Assembly (NCBI RefSeq): GCF_006345805.1
Contig: NC_043002.1
Span: 1,426,001 to 1,490,000 of the forward strand
Direction of reading: 5' to 3'
DNA length: 64,000 nt
From: Octopus sinensis
Taxonomy: Eukaryota
Positions 15,560 to 27,386 of the stretch are shown piece by piece; within the stretch, counting starts at the first letter, position 1, and each line of letters opens with the position of its first letter. Made by a program: the position numbers and the translations under genes. The notes beneath the pieces are model-generated. The model saw only the letters and a list, made by a program, of their open reading frames with translations. It ran no database searches and was not told where the DNA came from.

Positions 15560-18500
15560 ATTATGAATTCCTACGAACGTTTTACCACGATGGCTGCTTC
15601 AAAGCCTGCGCTGTGCGTTCCGGGTTCATTGGACGCTTAATCAGAACAGATTTGTATGAATAGGAATTCATAGTCTGGATATTAAAAAATGGAGGCTTCA
15701 AAGCAGTTATCCATAAATATCCCCTTTTTCTTTGATTTTCAAAGAGATATTTATATCTGCAGGGCAGCTGACCTCTATAATGGTACATACCTTTGCCCCT
15801 CTGTCCCAAAACCAATATCCGGCCTGTTATGTTTACGTTTGACAGAAGTTTTGATGGGAATATTCCACCAGTATTCCTTGAGTTGGTTTTTATGAATGTA
15901 TTCCATATCAGAGGGAGTTTACAAGTTTATTTCAGGATAGTTCTTTTTTGTGAATGGCATTGTAAATTACTTTAGTAGTAACAGCATGCCGCATAGGGAG
16001 GTCGTGTCGTGACGACATTTTAGGACATCTGCTAATCACATAGGTAATGTCTTCCACAGAAACATGATATGGCCTACACATGCGTTTGCATCTTGGGATT
16101 ACAAGCGCGTCACTGTCTGTCTTGTTCACCAGGTACTTTGTGGCAATCTCAAAGTGTGATGAGATGTAGTGGTCTTGTGTCGAAGAGAGGCTGCGCTTCG
16201 TGTCAATTCTATTGTCTTCTTAAAGCTTCCGGGTAACATACCCCTGCATGGTCGTTTCTTTTCAGGAGGAATTACAACCGTGTTTCGTGGTCTGCTACCA
16301 CAACAGCTCCTTTATAGGATCCAGTTAGCTCAAGACATCATCAGGAGGAACCACGTCCAGTTTCGGCCCCTACTCTTCTACCGTTTTGACGTGGCGGGCC
16401 CTCCCCTCATTTCGGAGGTGTCTTCAGCTCTGGTTTTGGGTGCATGTCTTCTTTCTTCTGTTCCCTGGCCTCTTCGATGTATCGTCAGCGAGTGTCAGCC
16501 GGTGACTGACTGTCTTATCAAATTTTTCTCTTTAAATACCTGCCGCATAGACTCCAGCAGGCAGCCCCAGCAAGTTGTCACGTGACACTGTCTCACCTTA
16601 ACTGACTAGTGAAGGCGCGTAGTTTTAGCCCACGCATTCTCTAAACGACCGTCACCTGTCAGTCAGCTTGTCTCACCTAATGATGATATTTCCCGTCGGC
16701 GTGTTTATGACTTTCAAGCCATTTTCGGTCTTCCCGCTTCAGCCATATATAGAAGCTGGCTTTTTCGACCGCCTCCTGTGCTCTCACTGTGTGTTCTTCA
16801 TCCAGGTCCTCTCTGAGGTAAGAGAGCCCAGCTGCTTTGGGACTGTATAGGAGATCATTAAGAAGACACTATTTCTTGAGGAGTTCACTGCCAACTCGTA
16901 CACTGTTGCTCACTTCACTTTTGAAGACTGCATTGATGTATTTATTTTTGCTGCTTTTGTTTAGCAGGTGCTGCATCTGTGATTCCATATGACATTCTAA
17001 GACGGTCTGCACAGATCTCGGGCCTCTATCACGTTCATAGGTAGAGCCTGTCAACATCACTGTTTCTGTGGAAGTTCCCAGTTGCTGTCAGTATTTTGCG
17101 GGTTTTGATATCTATGGAGTGGATTTCCTCTACAGACCAATAAAAGTAACCCAAATGTTGGGATCAGCACTGGTACTGCAAATACATTGTGGGATATCGT
17201 TTTGTTGTAATAGGAGAGTTACGACTGCCATATTTTCCTAAGTCTGGTGTAATGTTCTCGGGTCACTCTATCCTTATTCACAGTGCCATCATATAATACA
17301 TTTTCGCCTGTGCCTAAGTACTTGTAACATTCTTTGTGTGGAATGGGGGATATAGAGAGACCGTTGATGAACAGGTTTTTGGTCTAAGGAACTGACTTTC
17401 CTCGTTCTATAGCAAAATATGAATATTTCTTTTGGCCAAATTCCATGCCTATATCAGCTGAAATTTTTGTTATTAATTTTAGTAGCTTTTTGGCTACTAA
17501 ACCAATTTGCTATATCAGTCTGACCTTCCATAGTCCTTTTGAACATACATATCGATTGGTTTCTATAAAATGTCAGCTTCTTGTACCAATATCCAACTAT
17601 CAGGTCCCCTCCAGGTGCCTTTCCAGTCTGCAGTTTACTTACTGCAATAGCGAAGGTTTCTGCATCAATTTTGTGTGTTTTACTGTTAGTGCTGGTCCAG
17701 TATTCTCTCTCTTTTGTATTTAGCCATGATGCATTCAGGTTGAAATCCCTCTTTTCGTTCCAAATTTTTAACCAAAATGATTGTAGATCTCCATGGGATG
17801 GAGCTTTCGTAATGGTAATGTTTTCCTTCCTCATCTCTCTGTTATAATGGGTTGGAAGCCATCTTGCGATTGATCGTGTCTCGCACAAAAATTTGCATGC
17901 GATTGCGGAGTTTCTCGCTCATCGTCCTCAGTTCATGTTTTAAAGGGATTAGCTTTCCCCCAAGAGATCGGTGTGAAGAGTTGCTATCAATATCGTTATT
18001 TTTGTCTAATGTACAACTGTACCTTAGAGTGAGGTGTAAACTCATTTTTCTCCTTATATTTTGTTGTTGTAGTTAACCATCCAATATGGCGGTGCATGCC
18101 GTTGATGTTTTCTTCAAGTTTTGTTTTCCATCTACATTGTTTCTGTTTAGTAATTTCGTTCGCTGTAGATTTCTCCTAGGTGTTCCTTAAGTGTAATAGC
18201 GGCTGTGTATATAAGAGTAATTAACTTCACATAGTTCCATGTGCTCTCCAGCGACATCGTTGATAACTTTAAACATTAGATCGGTTGGATCTTTTCTCAC
18301 TCTTGTTGGGAATGGTCTGTTGCTCAACAAAAGCTTCGAGAACGTAGCAACATTTTTCATGAATTGTAATTTTAAAATGATTTTGAGTTGGATATATTCC
18401 GCAGTCTTCGCTACTGAGTCAGCTAAGTTTGGAGACACACTCGAGTTTAGCAATGGCAGGAACGGTGGTTTGTTTACATTATTTTTTATGCCACTTCTGG

Positions 18501-19062
18501 CAGATTTTGTCCCATTCTCAGTGTTTTGGAAGGATCGAGGACCGGTTGGTTTTTAAATTTTTTTTACAAAAGTTGCTTGTTGTCGGAGCTGTTTCGCCGT
18601 GAAGGTAATTAAGTTGGGATGAGCTTCGTCCCAATATTATTGTAACCGCTTCATATATCCGATTGAAGGGTCAAATCGGGCTTTTTTCATGGCGCCGAAG
18701 TAAATCTTGGTTTAGTTGTTGAGTCCAAGTAAAATGAGAAAAGAATTTACGTCTTCTGAAATAATTTTCTGGTGAAATAGTTCTGTTTACATCGTTGGTG
18801 AGGTTGTGAGTTCCATCCGTGGCGGTGTTAGTTTCAGCCATAATCGTGTTAGCGAGATTCCCCGTGGTGTAGATTTATATGTTAAAATCTGTTCAGGATG
18901 GCGCTACGTTGGTGAGTAAAAGGTGTTTCTCTTATTAATTGTTTGGGAAATAAACCAGTTACCAATTTAGGCTGGAGACGTCGGCATATTTCTAGAGGAA
19001 GGCGTTCAAAACGTACTTTTTAAACCGTCTTCTACACATTCACGTCCGATCTTGACGGCGCC
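15560..19062 (-). mobile_element. Long degenerate RLE-type (R4/Dong-like) LINE with internal deletion of the RT core
   Basis: Minus strand 5' to 3': putative 5'UTR (~19060-18850), LQSFWLKIWNEKRDFN, GKAPGGDLIVGYWYKK, a jump from IANWF directly to ADIGMEFG (RT core missing), YKYLG, zinc knuckle (CR..VEDITYVISRCPKM..LPMRH), RLE EYWWNIPIKTSVKRKHNRPDI..IIEVSCPADINI. Confidence 0.88.
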
Positions 19063-19063
19063 A

Positions 19064-19470
19064 TGTGTATGTGTGTATGTGTGTATGTATGTATGTATGT
19101 GTGTATGTGTGTGTATGTATGTATGTATGCATGTATGTATGTGTGTATGTATGTATGTATGTATGCATGCATGCATGTATGTATGTATGTATGTATGTGT
19201 GTATATATGTATGTATTGTATGTATGTATGTATGTGTGTATGTATGTGTGTATGTATGTATGTGTGTATGTGTGTGTGTATGTATGTATGTATGTGTGTA
19301 TGTATGTATGTATGTATTTATGTATGTATGTATGTATGTATGTATGTGTGTATGTATGTATGTATGTATGTATGTATTTATGTGTGTATGTATGTATGTA
19401 TGTATGTATGTATTTATGTGTGTATGTATGTATGTATGTATGTATGTATGTATGTATGAATGTATGTATA
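19064..19470. repeat. (TATG)n/(TG)n microsatellite, ~400 bp
   Basis: Direct reading; explains the ORFs at 19032-19506. Confidence 0.95.
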
Positions 19471-19752
19471 TCTGCCTCTAATGGAACTATCTCCAATATA
19501 TTTTAGCTGATGAGTTTTAGCTGATGAGTACGGGACACTTTTATCTGCTGCAATTTTTGCAACTTGTAATAAAGCCTGTCTTTGTATGAAACAATTGTAC
19601 TAAAAACTAATCCATTCTTGTTGCTTCTTTCTCGTTTATAATCACCCCACATTACTGTATGGATAACACCATATAGTTTTTCTGGTGCATCTAAGTGAAG
19701 TACCACATTCAAGTAAATTCATTGGAATTTACTTGAATCTTAATTGCTTTGA

Positions 19753-19786
<34 letters not shown>

Positions 19787-20944
19787 TACATGCATACATA
19801 TAGAACAGATACTTAGGTAGTTCTGGTGTTGTTTACGCCATAAGTTTGTGTTTCAGTATCTTAGTTGCAGACTATTACTTCCAATAAGAAATCTTTATCA
19901 GAGATTGTGTCATTAACAAAAGGATGGTGTAAATACATCCAAATTCCTGTGATCTACCGACATATCTAATCTAATTTATTCAGTTGTAATGGAAGTATCG
20001 GAAGAAAGAAACAGTTTTCTTTTGCTATATTATATGTTCAAACTCGTCTCAGACAACCGTTAACAAGCAAAAACGGAAGGGAAATATACATATTTCTTTT
20101 TTTAATACGGACGGAAGGACCTACTTGACTTAACGAAATGAAAAACCGATAGATTCAGTATGAAAAAGAAAAAAACAATTAAAAACACAATATCAAAACA
20201 CACTGGAAAGAACAGTAAATCCCAGCAAATACATGGAGGAGAATAGACTGTGGAAATTGTGAGCAATTCTTTCCAATGATCCAAGTATTTGATTCAATCG
20301 AGCCATTAATAAAGAGAGGAACGTAACACTGAAGGACACACAGTCATAAACGGAAGGTAAATTATTCTGGAACAAAAATAACAGAAGAAATTATAGGATA
20401 TAAACAGGACCGAGAAGGAAAATTATATGGAATTAGAATTTCACCAAAAGTAGGATCTACCATAGGTAGCGAGAACTCATTAATTTTTAGAACTGCAATT
20501 AATTGGAAATTCTTCAGCATTTACGATTACCAAAGTTACAGTCATAAATTATCCAATTTCTTGCCGAAGTACTTAAAATCATGAACACATGACAATGGAA
20601 TTGGAAAAGAACTCAAAGTGAACATCTGGATGGTTGCCGAAGGTGATCACAATATTATGGATCACCAACAGCGATAACATTGTAAGCTGTATGGATGGAC
20701 TTGAGCGATAATATTGTAAAATCTGTGGAAAATATTACGGCTTTAAATTGGCCAAGTCCTGAGAGGTTGATTATTGCAGTACCTTAAGGTTTACATCCTG
20801 GCTTTAGGGTCTCTATGGTCAAATACTGCAGCGGTCTATTTTGAGAGATATTGAGCCATTGCTGGCGTTCGAAAATAAATAGAATTTACAATATTATCGC
20901 TCAAATCCATCCATATGGTTTATAATATATTCATTTCTTTATTG

Positions 20945-21340
20945 CACATAGGGGAGTAAACATATAGGGGACAAACAAGGTCAGGCAAAGGGATTAAGTC
21001 GATTACATCGACCCCAGTGCGTAACTGGTACTTATTTTATCGAAAGGATGAAAGGCCAAGTCGATCTCGGCGGAATTTGAACTCATAACGTAACGGTAGA
21101 CGAAATACCTATTGCTTTACTACCCACAAGGAACTAAACACAGAGAGGACAAACACGGACAGACAAACGGATTAAGTCGATTACATCGACCCCAGTGCGT
21201 AACTGGTATTTATTTAATCGACCCCAAAAGGATGAAAGGCAAAGTCGACCTCGGCGGAATTTGAACTCAGAACGTAACGGCAGACGAAATACCTCTAAGC
21301 ATTTCGCCTTGCGTGCTAACGATTCTGCCAGTTCGCTGCC
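20945..21340 (-). mobile_element. Two adjacent copies of a tRNA-derived SINE (one complete head, one 5'-truncated)
   Basis: Duplicated block GATTAAGTCGATTACATCGACCCCAGTGCGTAACTGGTA..GAACTCA(G/T)AACGTAACGG at ~20990-21110 and ~21170-21290. Minus-strand head GGCAGCGAACTGGCAGAATCGTTAG..GAGTTCAAATTCCG with Pol III A/B-box-like motifs. Confidence 0.88.
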
Positions 21341-21399
21341 CTTATAATATATTTGCTCAAGTCCATCCACCTTTTGCGCCAATGGTTTTCTTCTTCTAA

Positions 21400-21800
21400 T
21401 AATCTCGCTCACAGATGCCATATACTGTTTCAGCTGACAAATCTATCATTATAACTCTCTTAACTCCTCGTCCCGTTCACGTCTGCTTGATTTTCGTCCT
21501 CCCCGTCTCCACTGCTCATTCGCCTTATTCAAGTAATGAATCGCTGTATCGCCATAGATATATTCTTTAGCCACATTTTTACTTTCGTCAGAATGAGGTC
21601 TGCAACAATGACGATGGTGCGATTCTGAACCGGGTAAGAGGGCCTTGAGTGAACTTTAGGTACAGCTTTTAGGTTGTCAACCTACCATGTAGATTCTCTC
21701 ACGTTCTGGTTATTCGCGACTACGGGTATTTTCACGATACCTGTCTTGGGATGAGAGAAGAAAATGTCCCCGCAACACGTTTTTACAATCATAACTACTT
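21400..21800 (-). mobile_element. Possible old RTE endonuclease-region remnant
   Basis: Frameshifted KALLPGSESHHR / IVIVADL resembles the C-terminal PGE..QHRLVVAD motif of RTE APE endonucleases; weak. Confidence 0.25.
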
Positions 21801-22979
21801 GAAGACATAAGGACATCTTTCAAAATAAATGTATTATATATTTTATTATACGAAAATGACGAAAACATTATGCAATGACAACGAGATGAAGAAAAGGCGA
21901 TAGAGAACGTTAATTTAAACTTTTTCTGTTGCATCCTCAAAGCCATTATAAGTGTTCATGAATTGATATATGTAATGAATACAACGATACAAGAAACAAC
22001 TATACTCCGATATAACGTAGGCCAAGCAAGAGAATAGTTGATAAGAAACAACCATTATTCGACCATACGAACACTCACAGAGCAAAGCCATTCATTGCGT
22101 AACGTTGAAATCAAGGCAGTAACGAGAGAGTTCTGCTATATATTTATTAGTTGTGTAAATCAGTGCTGATAATGATATTGATTAAAATTCAAAATGGAAT
22201 TAATATTGAATTTAATATTAAAATTTCCGAATAATTTATGAATACCGATCTTCGTATAGTGACTCTACAACCAACATCGTAAAAGCCTGCAATGTCATAA
22301 TTCATTTGAATAGAAATCTCGTTAATACCGATGTTTGGAAATCAGTTATAACTTTTAGAAACTGATCAACTTGTTGGCGATAAATAACTAGTAAACAAGT
22401 TTACGAACATGTATAGTAATTCTTTTGAAAAGCAGTTTCGTAGAGAACACTAAGTGACCAAGGAAGATAGAAGGGAGCTATAAGCAGTGGAATATTATTT
22501 CAATACTCAGTGACGGAACTGAATTATTCTATGTCCAATACGCATGCACACCAATAACTTTAGAAAATGCATGGTTAAATACAAAACGTAGAAGAGACTA
22601 GCAAAATGTGAAAAACATATATCATAGAAATTTGCTTAGCGATGCAAGAAAAAATAACCTTTCTAAGCAAATACAAAAGACAGAACAAGAAGAAAAATTA
22701 ACAAAATTTATGCCTAAGTACAGCATAAAGAACGAATAAACACGACTGCAAATATTTGAGAACTTAAATTAAAAAAAATATATATATTCTCTTCAACTTA
22801 GTTAAATAGGTATTACATTAAATATAACGCTTCTTTCATAATCGAGCTTTCGAAAATAAATCACAAAATTTCTGCACGAAAACACACAGAAACGACTAGA
22901 AAAATAAACAACATGAGAAACATTTTGGAACCGTGTGTTGAAAGACGAGGCGAATTATGCTCAAAGTCATAGCGCGTTA

Positions 22980-23700
22980 GAGAAATACGTAGCAGCAATA
23001 GAAATGAAAAGCTCATTTCCTCAATGTAGTGCTACATTTTTTATATGAAGCTTCTATAAATATGTTCGGAAAGTGTAAATGTCTTGTTACTGGCAATATT
23101 CAAAAGTGTTGGCTGTTCGCGTTCACCGAAGTACATCGCTAGACAAGCTTTATCTTAGCAAAACGTACAGGTGTGACGATACAGGTGTTTTCGTTTATTG
23201 TACTAAGTAGTTGGTTTTGAGGATATTCAAATCGTCTTGTAGAAGGTGCTTTATATATTGAAGGAGGAGCTTTTGTAGAATGTCTGGAATATTACTTGAG
23301 CGATGTGTTTCGCACGACGGGTCTGCTAAGATGGATTTCATTTTTAGAACCAATGGTGGTGGGATATTCACACAACTGGCTTTCGCCCTTTCAAATTTCC
23401 CATTGGTTAGTTTCTTGTATTTTACGTATTCCATAGAAACTGCTTGTTTCATATTTGAAGTCTTTGAGCTGATCCGCTTCTTTGTCAGTAAAAAAGATAG
23501 TTTTCGTTTGAGTGTAGTTGAACGGTAATTAGTCTCATCCTTTTTGGTTTCTTCCTTGTAAATATTACCTTGGAGCATCTCCAGTAGAAATTTCTTTGAA
23601 TAATCTGTATCAAAATATCGAGTGATCCTCCTTTGTCAGCTTTCTTAATAATTATATTTCTGTCAAATTATAAATCTGTTGTCTAAATTGATTTTATTTG
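22980..23700 (-). mobile_element. Penelope-like element, N-terminal reverse transcriptase fragment
   Basis: NIIIKKADKGGS upstream of ORF 23195-23578; LKMKSILADPSCETHRSSNIPDILQKLLLQYIKHLLQDDLNIL matches the Penelope RPIV..P.C.THRLS..LDILLKP.L pattern. Confidence 0.7.
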
Positions 23701-23919
23701 TTGTTTCCCATATCTTTATAGGTAGGTTTCTAGGCACCATGTGTACCTGTCTATTAGTTATAGAATTTAGAGAATTATTTAATTGAGTAGTTTCCCTTTA
23801 ATCATAGGAAGCGTAACGACTATTATAAAACAATTATAATAAAGATTATCAGCAGAAATATAAAACGAACACAAACAATAAAATCTAATAGGAAAAACAT
23901 AGATAACTTTGTTCATGGG

Positions 23920-24320
23920 AAATGTGATTGCGCTAGGAGAACGCAATTCAAATTTGAAAATAAGTGTTAAGTAAGAAATACCGACTATAGATGTGAAGTT
24001 ACAACAAATAGAAATAAATATTACTATACAGGGTCTAGCTCATGCTTTATGAAACAAAGAATAGCAAATCATAAAATTTCATAAATAATAATAGAAAATT
24101 TTCAACAAGTGTTAGTAAACTTAGATGGTCGCTTAAGTATGGAAATATTAAATATTCATTAAAATGGGAAATTATTATTACTGCGAAATCTTATAAAATA
24201 GGGGACGGAAAATGCAATTTGTGCCTAGAGGAATTATGCCAAATATTTACTTCGAAAAATAAATTAGTTAACACTAAACACGAAGAACGATTTAATTGCT
24301 TACACAAACATTTTCTTTTA
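23920..24320 (+). mobile_element. Penelope-like GIY-YIG endonuclease fragment (AT-rich subfamily)
   Basis: KCDCAR..YRCEVTTNRNKYYYTGSSSCFMKQRIANHK..SLKWEIIITAKSYKIGDGKCNLCLEE..LVNTKHE. Confidence 0.85.
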
Positions 24321-24771
24321 ATATAAATTAAATAATAGAATGCTTTAATTTATATGATTTCAATAAACTTTTTCCAGTAAACATAACTATAATGATAAAG
24401 ACGCATATAAATAATATAAGAATAGAATTAAATTTATAAGATCTATATAATGTAAACTAAAAACATTTTCAAACAATAATCATAATAAGATAGAAGAATT
24501 TAAAATACAACTGACTATTTCTTTTCAATAACTGAGTGTTTCTTACTGCTTAGTAATTACTCGCTACTACTATTAATAACCTTCACAAATTTCAAATAAT
24601 ATTACAACTGTGAAGAACACCAAAATACCTTGCGATTATAAAGTATTTGGAATCAGTTAGAAAAGTATTCTATCTGCAAACCATCTGCACCTCCGCAAAA
24701 ACTGCTGCTACGGCTACTGAATTATATCCAAACAGTTGAGGAAAACATCTCGTAGAAGAATGTCATAGTTT

Positions 24772-24795
24772 ACTACTACTACTACAACTACTACA

Positions 24796-24854
<59 letters not shown>

Positions 24855-24855
24855 A
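24772..24855. repeat. (TAC)n microsatellite
   Basis: Direct reading. Confidence 0.95.
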
Positions 24856-24871
24856 AAGCCTAATTTAAATT

Positions 24872-24920
24872 ATAGTGAATGAATATGCAGTTGGTACTCT
24901 CGAAACACGCGTCAGACTAT
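24872..24920 (+). ncRNA. Decayed minimal type-I hammerhead ribozyme motif (core CUGANGA lost)
   Basis: ATAGT..TACTCTC-GAAA-CACGCG-TC-AGACTAT: GAAA and GUC triplet present, ATAGT/ACTAT complementary, CUGANGA replaced by GAATGA. Confidence 0.4.
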
Positions 24921-24988
24921 GACTTTGAATAAACTATCTGGAAGTAAACATAAAATCTGAATTTTCAAATTCTTCATTCTCCTCATTT

Positions 24989-25028
<40 letters not shown>

Positions 25029-25389
25029 ACATTTATTGGTGTTTTTATAATTTTAATCCTTCCAGTGAGGTAAAAATTAATTATGGAGTAAATATTTATG
25101 TTAACAATGGATTGTATACATCACTGGGGTAAATTCACCTCGAGTGTAGACAAATAAGAATTTGCCACAACCACCACCACCACCACCACCACCACCATCA
25201 CAATCGTTTTCATCATCATTGTATTGGAAACCATTATAAATATCTGACTTAATGTCTTCGGCTGAAAGAGATATATGTCACACTTTCCCATTGTTCCTTA
25301 TTAGAGGATTCCAGGCTTACTACATACGTACATATACTTCTATATACACTACCATATATTAATATATGTATAAACATAAACACACACAA

Positions 25390-25464
<75 letters not shown>

Positions 25465-25754
25465 TTGCAATATTCCACGCCGTGATTTCGTTAAAAATAT
25501 TATAAATATTAAACATTTTGTGTCATTGAAGTGGTTATAAATTAACCTCGGATACAGTTCCTTGATTCCCTGCCAAGTAGAGAACAATCGTGCTATTATT
25601 AATATTTGAAGACGTGTATTGCGTACCCGTATTGGGGTGGATTTTGACAAACATAAACCACGGTGAGTTAATTCTTACAGAGAAGGAGTTAACATTTTGG
25701 TTTGCCTTAATTTATTTGTATCCTTAATTTAACATCAGTGAGAGGCAACTGTTA

Positions 25755-26141
25755 GATGGAAGCACTCCGTCGGTTACGACGACGAGGGTTCCGGTTGATC
25801 CGAATCAACGGAACAGCCTGCTCGTGAAATTAACGTGTAAGTGTTTGAGCACTCCACAGACACGTGTACCCTTAAAGTAGTTCTCGGGGATATTCAGCGT
25901 GACAGAGAGAGTGACAAGGCCGGCCCTTTGAAATACAGGTACAACAGAAACAGGAAGTAAGAGTGAGAGAAAGTTGTGGTGAAAGAGTACAGCAGGGATC
26001 ACCACCATCCCCTGCCGGAGCCTCGTGGAGCTTTAGGTGTTTTCGCTCAATAAACACTCACAACGCCCGGTCTGGGAATCGAAACCGCGATCCTATGACC
26101 ACGAGTCCGCTGCCCTAACCACTGGGCCATTGTGCCTCCAC
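25755..26141 (-). mobile_element. Full-length tRNA-derived SINE with 13-bp target-site duplication
   Basis: Head GTGGAGGCACAATGGCCCAGTGGTTAGGG (A box)..GGTTTCGATTCCC (B box). GAGGCAACTGTTA flanks both ends (25742-25754 and 26143-26155). Confidence 0.92.
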
Positions 26142-26259
26142 TGAGGCAACTGTTACAAGCTCCAGCAATAGAAAATTAAAGATTATAAGAGAAACATCAG
26201 ATATAAATTCATTCCAGCTGTAATTTCACAACTTAAGGATTTAACAGGCGGTCATTCTT

Positions 26260-26261
<2 letters not shown>

Positions 26262-26305
<44 letters not shown>

Positions 26306-26350
26306 TAGTAGTAGCAGCAGGAGCAACAGCAACCGTAGTAGTAATAGTAG
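26262..26350. repeat. (GTA)n microsatellite
   Basis: Direct reading. Confidence 0.9.
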
Positions 26351-26559
26351 TAGTAAGAGGAGGAGGAGAAGGAGTTAGAAAGTAGAAGGAAACGGTTGTT
26401 ATTGTTGTGGATGCGGCTGCGATTGCTTAGCTCTAGGTCAAACGTCATTGAGTATAGCAAGGATCAAAGGTAATCCATTTTATCTTGTGGTGGGTTCTCG
26501 GACAATATCATTATGAAATATCTTCATATCAGGACTTATGACCGGAAATGAGATATCCG

Positions 26560-26940
26560 AGCGAGCAAACGATATCAGTATGTATATATATGAGAACACA
26601 ACCAACACCCAAGTTCAGAAATACATCGGGTCGGCCGGAACTGCCTTCAAGAGGCGCCTGTATAACCACAGTTTCTCTTTCAGGATTCCAGAAAGATGAT
26701 TCATCACGTCGCTGGCAAGCCACCTGTGACCCCTTAAAAATGAAGGGACTTCATACGATATCAAATGGAAGATGATAGACCGGTCGGGATCCTATATCAA
26801 CGGAAGCGGACGCTGCAAGCTTTGTATATCTGAACGAGCAAGGATCCTCAAAGACTCCCTGGAACCAGGATTATTAAATACTCGACATGAGATTTATTGT
26901 ACCTGCATCATTTCAACCTCCACCTGCTGTAAGCAAGGTG
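26560..26940 (+). mobile_element. Second Penelope-like GIY-YIG endonuclease fragment (GC-richer subfamily)
   Basis: QKYIGSAGTAFKRRLYNHSFSFR..SLASHL..YDIKWKMIDRSGSYINGSGRCKLCISERARIL..LLNTRHEI. Confidence 0.88.
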
Positions 26941-27311
26941 TTCCCCATTCGTCGATTAAATCCGAAAAAGTCCTTACGAGATAGAAGCAACCTAAGAGCT
27001 GAGTTCTCCGTTCGCCATTTTAGCCCTATGGACTGCCAACTGAACTGGTCTAATGGGAATTAACCCTGCCTCGCCGACGCAGGTTGTTTATTCTTTATTC
27101 TTTAATTCTTCTATCAGTTTCAGCTCAAAGCTGCGGCCATACTGGGGCACTAACTAACTGACCGTAACGGAATTCTACTTCCACAGTTTGAAAAGTTATT
27201 TGACCCTCGCCATTGGAGTCATAGCGCTTCATGGATGCGAAACCATTGGTCACTCTATAACCGCACATATACTTAACTGCATATAACTCTTTCTCTCTCT
27301 CTCTCTCTCTC

Positions 27312-27386
<75 letters not shown>

